Below, piece after piece: positions 46,647 through 56,277 of a stretch of DNA of 64,000 nucleotides (positions within the stretch are counted from its first letter, which is position 1; each line of letters opens with the position of its first letter). The stretch covers positions 1,208-65,207 of the forward strand of contig JBDGTU010000022.1 in assembly GCA_042216495.1 (NCBI GenBank), written 5' to 3'. Below the pieces are notes generated by a model. It did not search any database, was not told the origin of the DNA, and saw nothing but the letters and a program-made list of their open reading frames with translations. The stretch is from Haloferacaceae archaeon (GTDB taxonomy: Archaea > Halobacteriota > Halobacteria > Halobacteriales > Haloferacaceae). The position numbers were made by a program, and so were the translations under genes.

Positions 46647-47410
46647 GCGACGCCGTCCTCGACGTCGAGGACGTCGTGAAGACGTTCGGGGGCATCGTCG
46701 CCGTCGACGACGCCACCTTCGAGGTGCCCGACGGCTCCATCACGGGGCTCATCGGACCCAACGGGGCCGGCAAGTCGACCATGTTCGACCTGATTACGGG
46801 CGTGTTGACCCCCGATAGCGGGCGCATCCGCCTGCGGGGGGAGGACGTCGTCGGCGAACCGCCCCACCGGGTCGCCGAGGCGGGCGTCGGCCGGACGTTC
46901 CAGACGCCGAAGGTGTTCGCCGGCATGAGCGTCCGCGAGAACCTCGCGTTCGCCGCGACGGACCAGACGGGCGAGTCGGCGCTGGGTTCGCTCTTCCGGC
47001 CCGGAACGGTCGCCGCGGAGGAAGCCGAAATCGGCGACCGCGTCCAGGAGACCCTGGAGTTCCTCGACCTCGACCACGTCGCCGACGACTACGCCCGCGG
47101 CCTCTCGGGCGGGCAGCGCAAACTGCTCGAACTCGGGCGGGTGTTGATGCTCGACCCGGAACTCGTCATGCTCGACGAACCCGCCGCGGGGGTCAATCCG
47201 GCCCTCACCGACCGCCTCCTCGAACGCCTGCACGAACTCAACGACGAGGGACGGACGCTGCTGCTCATCGAACACGACATCGACCTCATCATGAACAACT
47301 GCGACCACGTCGTCGTCATGCACAACGGGAGCAAACTCGCCTCGGGGCCGCCGAGTCTCATCCAGGAGGACGAACGCGTCGTCGAGGCCTACCTCGGAGG
47401 TGGCGAATGA
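46643..47410 (+). CDS. livG: Liv-type ABC ATPase (LivG-like)
   Basis: GPNGAGKS, GRTFQ, LSGGQ, LDEPAAGVN, IEHD, V.EAYLG. Confidence 0.92.
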   Translation: MSDAVLDVEDVVKTFGGIVAVDDATFEVPDGSITGLIGPNGAGKSTMFDLITGVLTPDSGRIRLRGEDVVGEPPHRVAEAGVGRTFQTPKVFAGMSVRENLAFAATDQTGESALGSLFRPGTVAAEEAEIGDRVQETLEFLDLDHVADDYARGLSGGQRKLLELGRVLMLDPELVMLDEPAAGVNPALTDRLLERLHELNDEGRTLLLIEHDIDLIMNNCDHVVVMHNGSKLASGPPSLIQEDERVVEAYLGGGE

Positions 47411-48144
47411 GCGACATCGAGACGGTCGAGCGCCTCGACGAGTCGGTGCTCTCGGCCCGCGGCGTCGAGACGGGCTACGGCGACCTGCAGGTGCTCTACG
47501 GCGTCGACGTCGACGTCCGCGAGGACGAAATCGTGGTCGTCTTCGGCCCGAACGGCGCGGGCAAGTCCACGTTGATGAAGGCCATCTACCGACTGCTCCC
47601 CCTCTGGGAAGGGTCGGTGACGGTGACGGGCGACGACGTCTCGGCGGTCGAGACGGACGACCTGGTCGACTACGGCGTCGCCTACGTCCCGCAGACGGAC
47701 AACGTCTTTCCCAACCTGACCGTCGGCGAGAACCTCGACATCGGCGGGTCCTCGGTGGCGGACAGCGGGGCCCGACGCGAGGAACTGTTCGACCTCTTCC
47801 CGCGCCTGGAGGAGCGAGTCGCCCAGCAGGCGGGAACGCTCTCGGGCGGCGAGCGCCAGATGCTGGCGATGGCCCGCGCGCTGATGCCCGACCCGGACGT
47901 GTTGCTCATCGACGAGCCGAGCGCGGGGCTCGCCCCCCAGCTCATCGACCGAGCGTTCGACCACGTGAAACGCGTCCGCGACGCCGGCACGGCCGTCCTG
48001 ATGGTCGAACAGAACGTGACGGCGGCGCTCCGCATCGCCGACCGGGGCTACGTCCTCGACATGGGCGAGAACCGCTTCGAGGGCGACGCCGACGCGATGC
48101 TCGACAGCGACAGAGTGCGCGAACTCTACATGGGCAAAGCGTAG
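47407..48144 (+). CDS. livF: Liv-type ABC ATPase (LivF-like)
   Basis: GPNGAGKS, FPRLEER..Q.AGTLSGGERQMLA, DEPSAGLAP, VEQN. Confidence 0.92.
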   Translation: MSDIETVERLDESVLSARGVETGYGDLQVLYGVDVDVREDEIVVVFGPNGAGKSTLMKAIYRLLPLWEGSVTVTGDDVSAVETDDLVDYGVAYVPQTDNVFPNLTVGENLDIGGSSVADSGARREELFDLFPRLEERVAQQAGTLSGGERQMLAMARALMPDPDVLLIDEPSAGLAPQLIDRAFDHVKRVRDAGTAVLMVEQNVTAALRIADRGYVLDMGENRFEGDADAMLDSDRVRELYMGKA

Positions 48145-48183
48145 TCGCCCGCGTTTCGACTTCCCCGCTCGCCGGACGTGACC

Positions 48184-49041
48184 CTACGCCTCCGGCCCGA
48201 GAATCGCCCGTGCGAGCAACGGCTGCAGGACGCTGACGATGGGTGCCTCGGCGCTGTCGGTCCAGACGGCGCGGTGGCGACGCACGCTCGGAAGCGACGA
48301 CTCCAGGTCCGAACTGACGAGCAAGGCGTCGCCGTCGACCATGAGAACGGCCGTCATCGCGCCCGGTTCGACGGGGTACTCCTCCCACCAGGTCCACGTC
48401 TCGACGACGGTCGCCTCGGAGTCGTCGCCGTTCTCGGGACGGCCGTCGCCGGCATCGAGAAGTGCCGTCCGGAGGCGGTCACGAATCCCGGCCGCGGGCG
48501 ACCCGGCGGAGACGCGGACGCCGGCGGCGGCCGCGTCCCCGAGCGAGTCCAAGAGGTCGTCCGTCAGGAGGTCCTCGGCGGCGACGGCGAGCAACACCTC
48601 CGACGCCGCGTCGGCGACGAGGTGAGCCATCCGCTCGCTCACTTCCTCGCTCCCCTCCATCGTCCACACGTCGCCCGACTCGGCCGCCCGTGCCGGCGCT
48701 TCGAGGCGCGGGAGAATCCCGCTTAGCTGGTCGAGGTGACGACGGCAGCGGCGCTCGAGGGCGTCGACGGCCTCCTCGGTGCTGACTGCCCGGAAGCGAC
48801 GGGGCTTTCCCTCGTGGACGTTCACCAGGCCCCGGTCGTAGAGGTCGTCCATGCAGTCGTAGACGCGCGGGCGTGGGACGTCCGCGACGTCGCTCACCTC
48901 CTTGGCGGTCCCTTCGCCGATGCGCGAGACGGCGACGAAGCATTTCGCCTCGTACTCGGTGAGTTCGAACGTCTGCAGGACGTCGATGGCGTCGTCGACG
49001 AGTTCGTCGGTCCGGTCCGGTAGGGCGTAGTCGTCCGTCAT
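48184..49041 (-). CDS. TrmB-family transcription regulator
   Basis: Start at ATG 49041. LTEYEA...GTAKEVS..ADVPRPRVYD..D.L..RGLV wHTH plus an effector domain. Confidence 0.9.
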   Translation of the reverse strand: MTDDYALPDRTDELVDDAIDVLQTFELTEYEAKCFVAVSRIGEGTAKEVSDVADVPRPRVYDCMDDLYDRGLVNVHEGKPRRFRAVSTEEAVDALERRCRRHLDQLSGILPRLEAPARAAESGDVWTMEGSEEVSERMAHLVADAASEVLLAVAAEDLLTDDLLDSLGDAAAAGVRVSAGSPAAGIRDRLRTALLDAGDGRPENGDDSEATVVETWTWWEEYPVEPGAMTAVLMVDGDALLVSSDLESSLPSVRRHRAVWTDSAEAPIVSVLQPLLARAILGPEA

Positions 49042-49129
49042 AGTTCGTCTCCGACTCGGGCCATCCTGGTCGCGCCTTGGGCGAACGTCGCCATAACGGT
49101 TCTGATGGGGTCCGTGCCGGCGAATCGAG

Positions 49130-49146
49130 ATTGTATCTACTACAAT
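49130..49146. promoter_or_regulatory. Palindrome ATTGTA-TCTAC-TACAAT between the divergent trmB-like and tfb genes
   Basis: Perfect 6-5-6 inverted repeat in an AT-rich intergenic region, upstream of TATTAA (about 49164). Confidence 0.55.
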
Positions 49147-49215
49147 AAAAACGTTGGAGAAACTATTAAGATACTCCCGATACAAGGTAGAGACGCGACG
49201 CGGTCAACCGAAACC

Positions 49216-50172
49216 ATGAGTGAACGAGCGCAGGTCCGACGGGCGACCGGAACCGAGGAGACGACCACCGCGGCGGAGGGGACGTCGTGTCCGGAGTGTG
49301 GAGCGACGGTCCGGACCGACGACGAACGTGGCGAGTCGTACTGTACGGCGTGTGGCGTCGTCGTCGCGGCGGACGCCGTCGACAGGGGACCGGAGTGGCG
49401 GGCGTTCGACCGGCAGGAGCGGAACCGAAAGAGCCGAGTCGGCGCACCGACGACGAAGATGCTCCACGACGAGGGGCTCTCGACGGTCATCGACTGGCAG
49501 GACCGCGACGCACACGGACGGGCTATCGACGGCAAGAAACGGGCACGACTGCGCCGGATGCGTCGCTGGGACGAACGGTTCCGGTCGACGGACGCACGGG
49601 ACCGAAACCTGAAGCAGGCGCTCGGAGAGATCGACCGGATGGCCTCGGCGCTGGGCCTCCCCGAGAACGTCCGCGAGACGGCCAGCGTCGTCTACCGCCG
49701 GGCTCTCGACGCCGACCTGCTCCCCGGACGTTCCATCGAGGCGATGGCGACGGCGTCGCTCTACGCCGCCGGCCGGCAGGCCGGAATCCCGCGGAGCCTC
49801 GACGAGTTCGAACCGGTCAGTCGCGTCGAGCGACGCGAGTTCGCCCGCGCGTACCGATACGTCGCACGCGAACTCGGTCTCACGATTCAGCCGTCTTCTC
49901 CACGGGATTACCTCCCCAGGTTCGCGTCGAGTCTCGAACTCTCGGACGAGGCGACGACGCTGGCGCGAGAGCTTCTGGCGGCGGGGAGAGAACGGAGCGT
50001 CCACAGCGGGAAAAACCCCGTCGGCCTCGCTGCCGCGGCGCTGTACGCGGGAGCGAAACTCGCGAACGAGGACGTGACCCAGCGTGACGTGGGCGACGTC
50101 GCCGACGTCTCGGAGGTCACGATTCGCAATCGGTACCAGGAGCTACTGGAGGCGAAGGAGTCGCTCGACTGA
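49216..50172 (+). CDS. tfb: Transcription initiation factor IIB paralog
   Basis: Zn ribbon CPECG...CTACG, DRGPEWRAF B-reader, SRVGAP, two cyclin repeats, VSEVTIRNRYQEL. Confidence 0.96.
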   Translation: MSERAQVRRATGTEETTTAAEGTSCPECGATVRTDDERGESYCTACGVVVAADAVDRGPEWRAFDRQERNRKSRVGAPTTKMLHDEGLSTVIDWQDRDAHGRAIDGKKRARLRRMRRWDERFRSTDARDRNLKQALGEIDRMASALGLPENVRETASVVYRRALDADLLPGRSIEAMATASLYAAGRQAGIPRSLDEFEPVSRVERREFARAYRYVARELGLTIQPSSPRDYLPRFASSLELSDEATTLARELLAAGRERSVHSGKNPVGLAAAALYAGAKLANEDVTQRDVGDVADVSEVTIRNRYQELLEAKESLD

Positions 50173-50218
50173 CTGGGGCGGCTACTGACGCCGACGGCTA
50201 CCGTGGGTTCGCCGCCGT

Positions 50219-51112
50219 CTACAGTTCGATGGCCGTCTCGACGTCGCCCGTCAGGAAGGACCGAAGCCGGTCACACGAGCGGTCGGCCTCGGCGACGTTC
50301 TCCATCAACACGGTCTCGCTCGGGAAGAGGTGCTCGCCGAGGACGAGGCCGTGTTCCCGCGCGGTCGACCCGGTCATGGTGAGGTAGACGCCGAGACCCG
50401 CGTCCGCGATGGCGGCTTCCTCCTCGGCGCCCTCCGCGGGATAGACGAAGGAGACGTCCTCGATGGCCCGCGTTCCGAGGACGGCTTCGACGAGGCGCTC
50501 GTACCGCGGCGAGATACAGAGCGGGCCCTCGTAGTCGGCGACGAACTCACGGTCCAGGTCCGCGCCCGGTGGAAGGACGTCGGGCTTTGCCAGCAGCGTG
50601 TGGTAGACGGTGTCGCCGAGCCCCGAGACGACCCGGACGTCGGTGTCGCGGGGGTCGATGCGGGCGTTCACGTCGGCGATGCTGTCGAGGCCGTCCTCGT
50701 GGAGCGAGACGACCTCTTCGAGGACGAGGTCGGCGCTGTCGAAGCCGAGGCCGAACTCGTGGGTCCGGAGGGCGCGGAACGGTTCCTCGCGGCCGACGAG
50801 TTGGACGTCGAGACCGTCGACGGAGAGGGTGACGCTGTCGAAGACGATGCGGCGGGGCATCCCCGGCCGGTCGTCGCGGAGGAGAGTGTACTCCGGCCCG
50901 TCCGGCGCGTCGAGGTCGCTGTACGTAGCGAGACGGTCGTAGACGCCACGCTCCGGTCGCTTCTTCCCCTTCGTGACTGCCTTCTCGTATCGGAGCGTCG
51001 AACTGACGTCGTCCGCCAACGCCGCCGCGCCCGCAGCGTCGGCGAACCGTTCCAGGACCGCTTCGAGCGGTCGTCCCTTCCGCGGGACGGCGACTCGTAC
51101 CGTCTCGGTCAT
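50219..51112 (-). CDS. Hypothetical protein with ATP-phosphoribosyltransferase (HisG)-like motifs
   Basis: VAVPRKGRPL, GFDSADL..E, ISPRYE, GAEE...GLGVYLTMTGSTAREHGL...E.LFPSET.L mirror the HisG motif order but are strongly diverged. Confidence 0.65.
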   Translation of the reverse strand: MTETVRVAVPRKGRPLEAVLERFADAAGAAALADDVSSTLRYEKAVTKGKKRPERGVYDRLATYSDLDAPDGPEYTLLRDDRPGMPRRIVFDSVTLSVDGLDVQLVGREEPFRALRTHEFGLGFDSADLVLEEVVSLHEDGLDSIADVNARIDPRDTDVRVVSGLGDTVYHTLLAKPDVLPPGADLDREFVADYEGPLCISPRYERLVEAVLGTRAIEDVSFVYPAEGAEEEAAIADAGLGVYLTMTGSTAREHGLVLGEHLFPSETVLMENVAEADRSCDRLRSFLTGDVETAIEL

Positions 51113-51154
51113 TGTCGAGACGAGGGGGGCCGGCGCTTTACCGGTTGCGCTTTC

Positions 51155-52528
51155 TCACTCGGGGCCGAACGCGCTGCTCAACCGGTCGCGGAACTCCCGG
51201 ATTTCGTCGAGTTCCGTCCGAATCTCGTCGAGTTCGCCGCGGACGTCCCCCTCGACGTCGACGAGGCGTTCGTCGAGGTCCGCGACGTCCTCGCGTACCT
51301 CGCCCATCTCCTCGTCGAGGGCGACGACCTCCGACTCGACCGACTCGACCGCCTCCCGCACGTCGGCGACGTCGTCGCGGAGTTCGGTCCGCTCGGTCGC
51401 CGCCGCCGAGAGCGAGGCGTCGACGTCCGCCAGTCGCGATTCGAGCGAGTCGAGTTCGCCCCGGAACTCGTCGAGCATGTCGTCGGCGGTCCCGTGGTCG
51501 TCGAGGAAATCGGCGAGAGCGTCACGGTACGCGAGGAGGTCCTCGACCTGCGACTGGAGGCGGCCGATGCGGACGTCGACGCTCTTTGGCGCGCCGAAGT
51601 CGAGTTCCTCGCGGAGGAGTTCGAGGTCCTCGTCGGCGACGTCGCCCGCGCGGATTTCGTCCGCGAGCGCCGCCGCCACGCCGTCGAGGTCGGCCGCACG
51701 TTCGGCGACCTCCTCGATGTCGGCGGCCGCCGTCCCGGGAGCGGTCGCGCCGGCGGCAGTCGCCCCCGTCTCCTCGACGGCCTCGACGTCCGTGTCGGGA
51801 GCGGTGGATTCGGCCTCGTCCTCGGGTTCGGCGTCGGAAGCGGTCTCGTCCCCGGTCGCGACGTGTTCGGCGTCCGGGGCAGCGGCCTCGTCGGCCTCGT
51901 CGGCCGCTTCGACCGCGTCGTCGCCCGCGGGCGCTTCGGCGTCCACCGACCCCGACTCGGCGGCGCGTTCGCGTCGCGTCACGGCGGGGGTCGCCGTCGA
52001 ATCGACCGGCCGGGGGTCGGGTGCCGCCTCCTCCTCCTCCCCTCCGAGGAGGGGTTGGTCGTCGAGTCCGGGGAGCCCCCGTTCCCCGGCGAGGGCGTCG
52101 CGGACGACCTGGGTGGTGTCGCGGCCGAGGACGCCCTCGGCACCGCCGCCGGGACTCGCGCTCTCGTCGAGGAGTTCGACCGTCGGCGTCCGGACGAACT
52201 CCTCGACCCGGTCCAGGTCGTCGACGCGAATCCCGTAGACGGTTTCGACTTCCTCCCCCGGGTCGAGCGTGCGGACGTACTCGACTCGGTGGTCGCGATA
52301 CGCGGTCCAGTTGTCGCTCTCGTAGTCGGGGTGAAAGCCGATGCCCTCCATCGAGAACGAGTCGGGGATGTCGTCGACGAGTCGGAGGTGGACGGGGTCG
52401 TCGGCGGCCGACGAGATAGTGAAGGTGATTGCTGGCACCGGGAACCGGTCGGCGGCGAACGACTTCTCCACTTCCAGGTCGCCCTCCCGAACCGTCACCG
52501 GCACGTCGAGGTCTGACTCCTTCGCCAT
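51155..52528 (-). CDS. Hypothetical protein: Ig-like N-domain, acidic linker, long C-terminal coiled coil
   Basis: Start at ATG 52528. Beta-rich N-terminus (VEKSF...FTI...LVDDIP...LDPGE..ETVYG). Heptad pattern over the last ~130 aa. Confidence 0.8.
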   Translation of the reverse strand: MAKESDLDVPVTVREGDLEVEKSFAADRFPVPAITFTISSAADDPVHLRLVDDIPDSFSMEGIGFHPDYESDNWTAYRDHRVEYVRTLDPGEEVETVYGIRVDDLDRVEEFVRTPTVELLDESASPGGGAEGVLGRDTTQVVRDALAGERGLPGLDDQPLLGGEEEEAAPDPRPVDSTATPAVTRRERAAESGSVDAEAPAGDDAVEAADEADEAAAPDAEHVATGDETASDAEPEDEAESTAPDTDVEAVEETGATAAGATAPGTAAADIEEVAERAADLDGVAAALADEIRAGDVADEDLELLREELDFGAPKSVDVRIGRLQSQVEDLLAYRDALADFLDDHGTADDMLDEFRGELDSLESRLADVDASLSAAATERTELRDDVADVREAVESVESEVVALDEEMGEVREDVADLDERLVDVEGDVRGELDEIRTELDEIREFRDRLSSAFGPE

Positions 52529-52583
52529 GCACGGCACATCCAGCAGTGAACCCATAAAACAACCGGCGACCCCGGGCGCGGGG

Positions 52584-53426
52584 CTACAGGTCCACCCGGT
52601 CGCCGATTTGCGCGAGTTCGAGTCGCTCCGGGTGGTCGAAACTACTGGCGTGGTGGTGAAGCGCCGCCGGGTCGGCGGTGAGGCCTCGCCACATGTCCCA
52701 GTGGCTCGGGAGCAGGCGCTCCAGTCGGAGGTCGCGGGCCGCCTCGACGACCTGGTTCTCGTCGCTGTACCACTGCGTGTAGGTCGGTTCGTCCGTCTCC
52801 TTGTCGGGCAGCATCCCGGCCGTCCCGAACGCCAGTATCCCGAGGTCGATGTCGAATCGCGCCCCGAGGTCGGCGAACGAGTCGCACGGGCGCGTGTCGC
52901 CGCCGTGGAACAGGGTCCCCGCCTCGTGGTCGAAGACGTAGCCGACGGGGTGGTCGGCGTCGGGGTCGTTCGTCTCGACGACGTGGACGGTGAACTCCCC
53001 GACGTCGAAGCCGTCGCCCGCGTCGACTTCGACGAACTGGTCCTCGACGACGTCCCACTCGTCGGTCCATCGCTCGCGGCCGACGACGTCGAGACTCGCG
53101 GGCGGCGCGTAGTACGTCGCGCCCGTCGATGCGAGAATGGGGGCCTGCGTCGGGCCGTGGACGTGGTCCGAGTGCTCGTGCGTCGCCAGCACCGCGTCCG
53201 CCTCCGCGACGTCCGTCGGGTCGAACGGGACGGGAATCATGCGGACGGTCCGCGGCGGGTCGCCCGTCCCGAGATACGGGTCGACGAACACCGTCGTTCC
53301 CGCCGTTCCCTTGAGAACGAACCCGTTACAGCCGAGATACCAGACCGCGACGCCGTCGGGGTCGGCGTCCGCGACGGCGCGCGGGAGCCAGTCGCCCCAG
53401 TCGCTCTCCCCGAGTTCGTGAGCCAT
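52584..53426 (-). CDS. MBL-fold metallo-hydrolase (UlaG-like)
   Basis: WYLGCNGF, DPY, THEHSDH, HGGD, P.HWDMW. Confidence 0.92.
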   Translation of the reverse strand: MAHELGESDWGDWLPRAVADADPDGVAVWYLGCNGFVLKGTAGTTVFVDPYLGTGDPPRTVRMIPVPFDPTDVAEADAVLATHEHSDHVHGPTQAPILASTGATYYAPPASLDVVGRERWTDEWDVVEDQFVEVDAGDGFDVGEFTVHVVETNDPDADHPVGYVFDHEAGTLFHGGDTRPCDSFADLGARFDIDLGILAFGTAGMLPDKETDEPTYTQWYSDENQVVEAARDLRLERLLPSHWDMWRGLTADPAALHHHASSFDHPERLELAQIGDRVDL

Positions 53427-53505
53427 GGACTGGAGTCGGCGCGTCGTCGTTTACGCGTTGTGGTCGGGGACAAAACTGTTGTCGCTCGGGGTGGTGGCCA
53501 CGACT

Positions 53506-53946
53506 ATGCGCGTCAGCGTCATCGGCGGCGGCACGGTCACGGAGTCGGAAGCCGAGACGGCGACTGCGGTGGGGCGTCTGCTGGCCCAGCGGGGCCACGT
53601 CGTCGTCTGTGGCGGCCTCGGGGGCGTCATGGAGGCGGCCTGTCGCGGAGCGAGCGAGGCCGGCGGCGAGACCATCGGCATCCTCCCCGGCGAGGACCGG
53701 ACGGCCGCGAACGACTACGTCGACGTCGCCGTCGCCACCGGACTCAATCACGCCCGCAACGCGCTGGTGGTCGTGAACGGCGACGCCGTCGTCGCCGTCG
53801 ACGGCGGGGGCGGGACGCTCTCGGAACTCGGCTTCTCGTTCGTCTACGACCGACCGGCGGTCGGCATCGGCACGCACGACGTCCCGGGCGTCGAGACGGC
53901 GGAGACGGCAGAAAAAGCGGTGGAGTTCGTCGAGAAAGCGCAGTGA
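53506..53946 (+). CDS. LOG/SLOG-superfamily protein (TIGR00725-like)
   Basis: ATG 53506. CGGLGGVMEA, GILP, ARN, GGGGTLSE. Confidence 0.9.
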   Translation: MRVSVIGGGTVTESEAETATAVGRLLAQRGHVVVCGGLGGVMEAACRGASEAGGETIGILPGEDRTAANDYVDVAVATGLNHARNALVVVNGDAVVAVDGGGGTLSELGFSFVYDRPAVGIGTHDVPGVETAETAEKAVEFVEKAQ

Positions 53947-53953
53947 CCCGTCG

Positions 53954-54988
53954 TCACCACGTTCCGTGGAACGTGTCGAACTCCAGTTCGTCGAGGGATT
54001 TGTTGCCGACGGCTATCTCGTACTCGCCCGGCGTGAGCATCGGCTTGTGGAACTGGGGGCCGTCGTCGGTGGTGATGCGCGGACAGCCGGTGTTGACGAA
54101 CGCGTCGAAGTCGAAGTTGCGCAGGCGGTCCGGCGTCACCTCGTCCATCGTGACGAGGTAGGCGTCGTCGTTCTCCGCCAGAATCTTCTCTGCGTCCTCC
54201 CAGCGGCCCTGACCGATCTTGGTACAGAAGATGACGCCCCAGCGCTCGGCGTCCATCGCCTTGTGGACCGCGGCGTAGCGCTGTTTCATGAACTTCTCGG
54301 GGTCCGCGACCGTGACGACGTTGTTGACGGGGTCGGCGATGACGACGTGTTTGTCCGGGTGTTCCATCGCGAGGCCGAGCGGGTGGAACTTCCCGCCGCC
54401 GACGTAGAGCACCTGGTCGGCGTCGATGTCGGCCGAGGCGTAGTTACAGCCGAGGACCTGTCCCTCGTGAGAGAGGCGTTCGTCGCCGCGGCGGGTGTGG
54501 ACCGAGAAGCCCCGGGCTTCGAGCCACTCGCGCATCTCCTCGAAGCGGTTCATGTGCTGGGCGGTGGTGACGAGGCCGACGTCGTCGCCGTCGAGTTCGT
54601 CGACGGCGTCCTCCATGATGGGGAACGGGTCGACGTTGGAGAACAGCGGCACGTAGATTATTTTGTCCGACTCCTTCATCGCGGAGTGACCGAAGTGGAC
54701 GAACACGTCGGAGCGCCGCATGAGGAAGGTGTCGAGGTCGCACGCGCCGTAACAGGGCTGGCCGGATATCATGAACGTCACGTCGTCGCCGGCGAGTTCG
54801 CGCAGGTCGTCGGCGACGGCGGGCGCGCGGCGCTTCAGCCCCTCGGGGAACTGCAGGCCGACCGTCGAGGCGTCCCGCTCCTCGACGGCCTCGACGATGC
54901 GGTCGAGTTCGTAGTCCCACTCGCGGTCGTGTTTGAGTGACATCCCGGTCTTTCGGAGGTCCCCTTCGGAGTACGCGTCCTGGCTCAT
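53954..54988 (-). CDS. dph2: Diphthamide biosynthesis enzyme Dph2
   Basis: LQFPEG, CYGACD, HFGH, GQVLGCN, GGG.FH, TGCPRI (three Fe-S cysteines). Confidence 0.97.
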   Translation of the reverse strand: MSQDAYSEGDLRKTGMSLKHDREWDYELDRIVEAVEERDASTVGLQFPEGLKRRAPAVADDLRELAGDDVTFMISGQPCYGACDLDTFLMRRSDVFVHFGHSAMKESDKIIYVPLFSNVDPFPIMEDAVDELDGDDVGLVTTAQHMNRFEEMREWLEARGFSVHTRRGDERLSHEGQVLGCNYASADIDADQVLYVGGGKFHPLGLAMEHPDKHVVIADPVNNVVTVADPEKFMKQRYAAVHKAMDAERWGVIFCTKIGQGRWEDAEKILAENDDAYLVTMDEVTPDRLRNFDFDAFVNTGCPRITTDDGPQFHKPMLTPGEYEIAVGNKSLDELEFDTFHGTW

Positions 54989-55185
54989 TGGAGCGTCCTA
55001 GCGGCGCGGGCGGTTTAACCTCCGCGCTTCGCGGAACGGGGTCAAAACGGCTAGTCGACGTCGCCCTCGCCGCCCCGGAGCAGGTCGTGGTCCCTCGGGG
55101 TACCTCGAAGTTCTCGTCGCCGCTCTGAGTGAGGCCGACGAGCGGGGGTCTCGTGGTAGCGTCGACGAACACGTCTCTCTCGGGG

Positions 55186-56193
55186 TCACCGGGGAACGAA
55201 CGCCGTCACGCCGGCGGTTTCGGCGGCCATCCACGCCAGAAAGACGGCGTAGACGCCGAGGAGCAGCCGGGCTTCTCGCGTCGTGAGTTCGAGGTCGGTC
55301 CGCATCGCGGTGAAGAGGACGAGCGTCGAGAGCGTCAGAAATCCCATCATCGGGACGGCGGCGGCGTAGTCGACGGTGGCCGACCCGGCGACGAGGACGC
55401 CCGCCGGGATGGCGACGAGGAGGTCGAAGACGTTGCTCCCGAGGACGTTCGCGAGGCTGGTGACGGCCTGGTCGTCGCGCGCGGCACGGACGCTCACGAA
55501 CGCGTCCGGGAGACTGGTCCCCGCCGCGACGACGGTCAATCCCCAGAGGAACGGCGGCGTGCCGAACAGTTCGCCGAAGCCGATGGCCGCCCGCACCAGG
55601 AGTTCCACCCCGACGACGACGACGAACAGGCTCGTCCCCAATCGGAGCCACTGGCGACCCGGATCGACGTCGGACGGCGCGTCGCCGGCGTCGTGGTCCG
55701 ACGTGTCCTGATACTGGATGAACGCGTAGAGACCGTAGAGCAGGACGGGCACGAACGCCAGCGAACGGGGGACGGTCGCGACGAGGCGGCCGTCGGCGGG
55801 GAAGTAGATGACGCCGAACGAGAAGGTGAGCAGGAGGACGGCGACCGAGAGCATGTAGAACAGCGCCTCCTTGTAGACCAGGTCGCGATTGGCGGACATC
55901 GGTCGGCTCAACAGCGTACTCAGTGCGGGGATGACGAGGACGTTGAAGATGGCGGAGCCGACGATGGTGCCGACGCCGAGGTCGAACTGGCCGTGGACGA
56001 GCGTCGACAGGACGGTGCTCGCCAGTTCGGGGAAACTCGACCCGACGGCGACGACCGCAGCTCCGTGGACGACCGCGGGCAGGCCGTAGTGCGCCGAGAT
56101 GCGTTGGCTCGCCGACTCCAGCAGTTCGCTCCCCCACCAGACCAGCGCCGTCCCGGCGACGGCTCCCGTCGCGAGACCGAGCGGGTTCGCCAT
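55186..56193 (-). CDS. Na+/Ca2+ antiporter (CaCA family)
   Basis: Start reassigned to ATG 56193. Alpha repeats GSSFPEL...GSAIFN and GTSLPD...GSNVFD. Confidence 0.92.
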   Translation of the reverse strand: MANPLGLATGAVAGTALVWWGSELLESASQRISAHYGLPAVVHGAAVVAVGSSFPELASTVLSTLVHGQFDLGVGTIVGSAIFNVLVIPALSTLLSRPMSANRDLVYKEALFYMLSVAVLLLTFSFGVIYFPADGRLVATVPRSLAFVPVLLYGLYAFIQYQDTSDHDAGDAPSDVDPGRQWLRLGTSLFVVVVGVELLVRAAIGFGELFGTPPFLWGLTVVAAGTSLPDAFVSVRAARDDQAVTSLANVLGSNVFDLLVAIPAGVLVAGSATVDYAAAVPMMGFLTLSTLVLFTAMRTDLELTTREARLLLGVYAVFLAWMAAETAGVTAFVPR

Positions 56194-56277
56194 ACCGTCG
56201 CCGTCCGGCGGCCGAGGATTAAATCCCACCGACGGCCAGTCGGCAGGTTGAAGCGGCGGCAGGTCCAAGGCCGGCCC

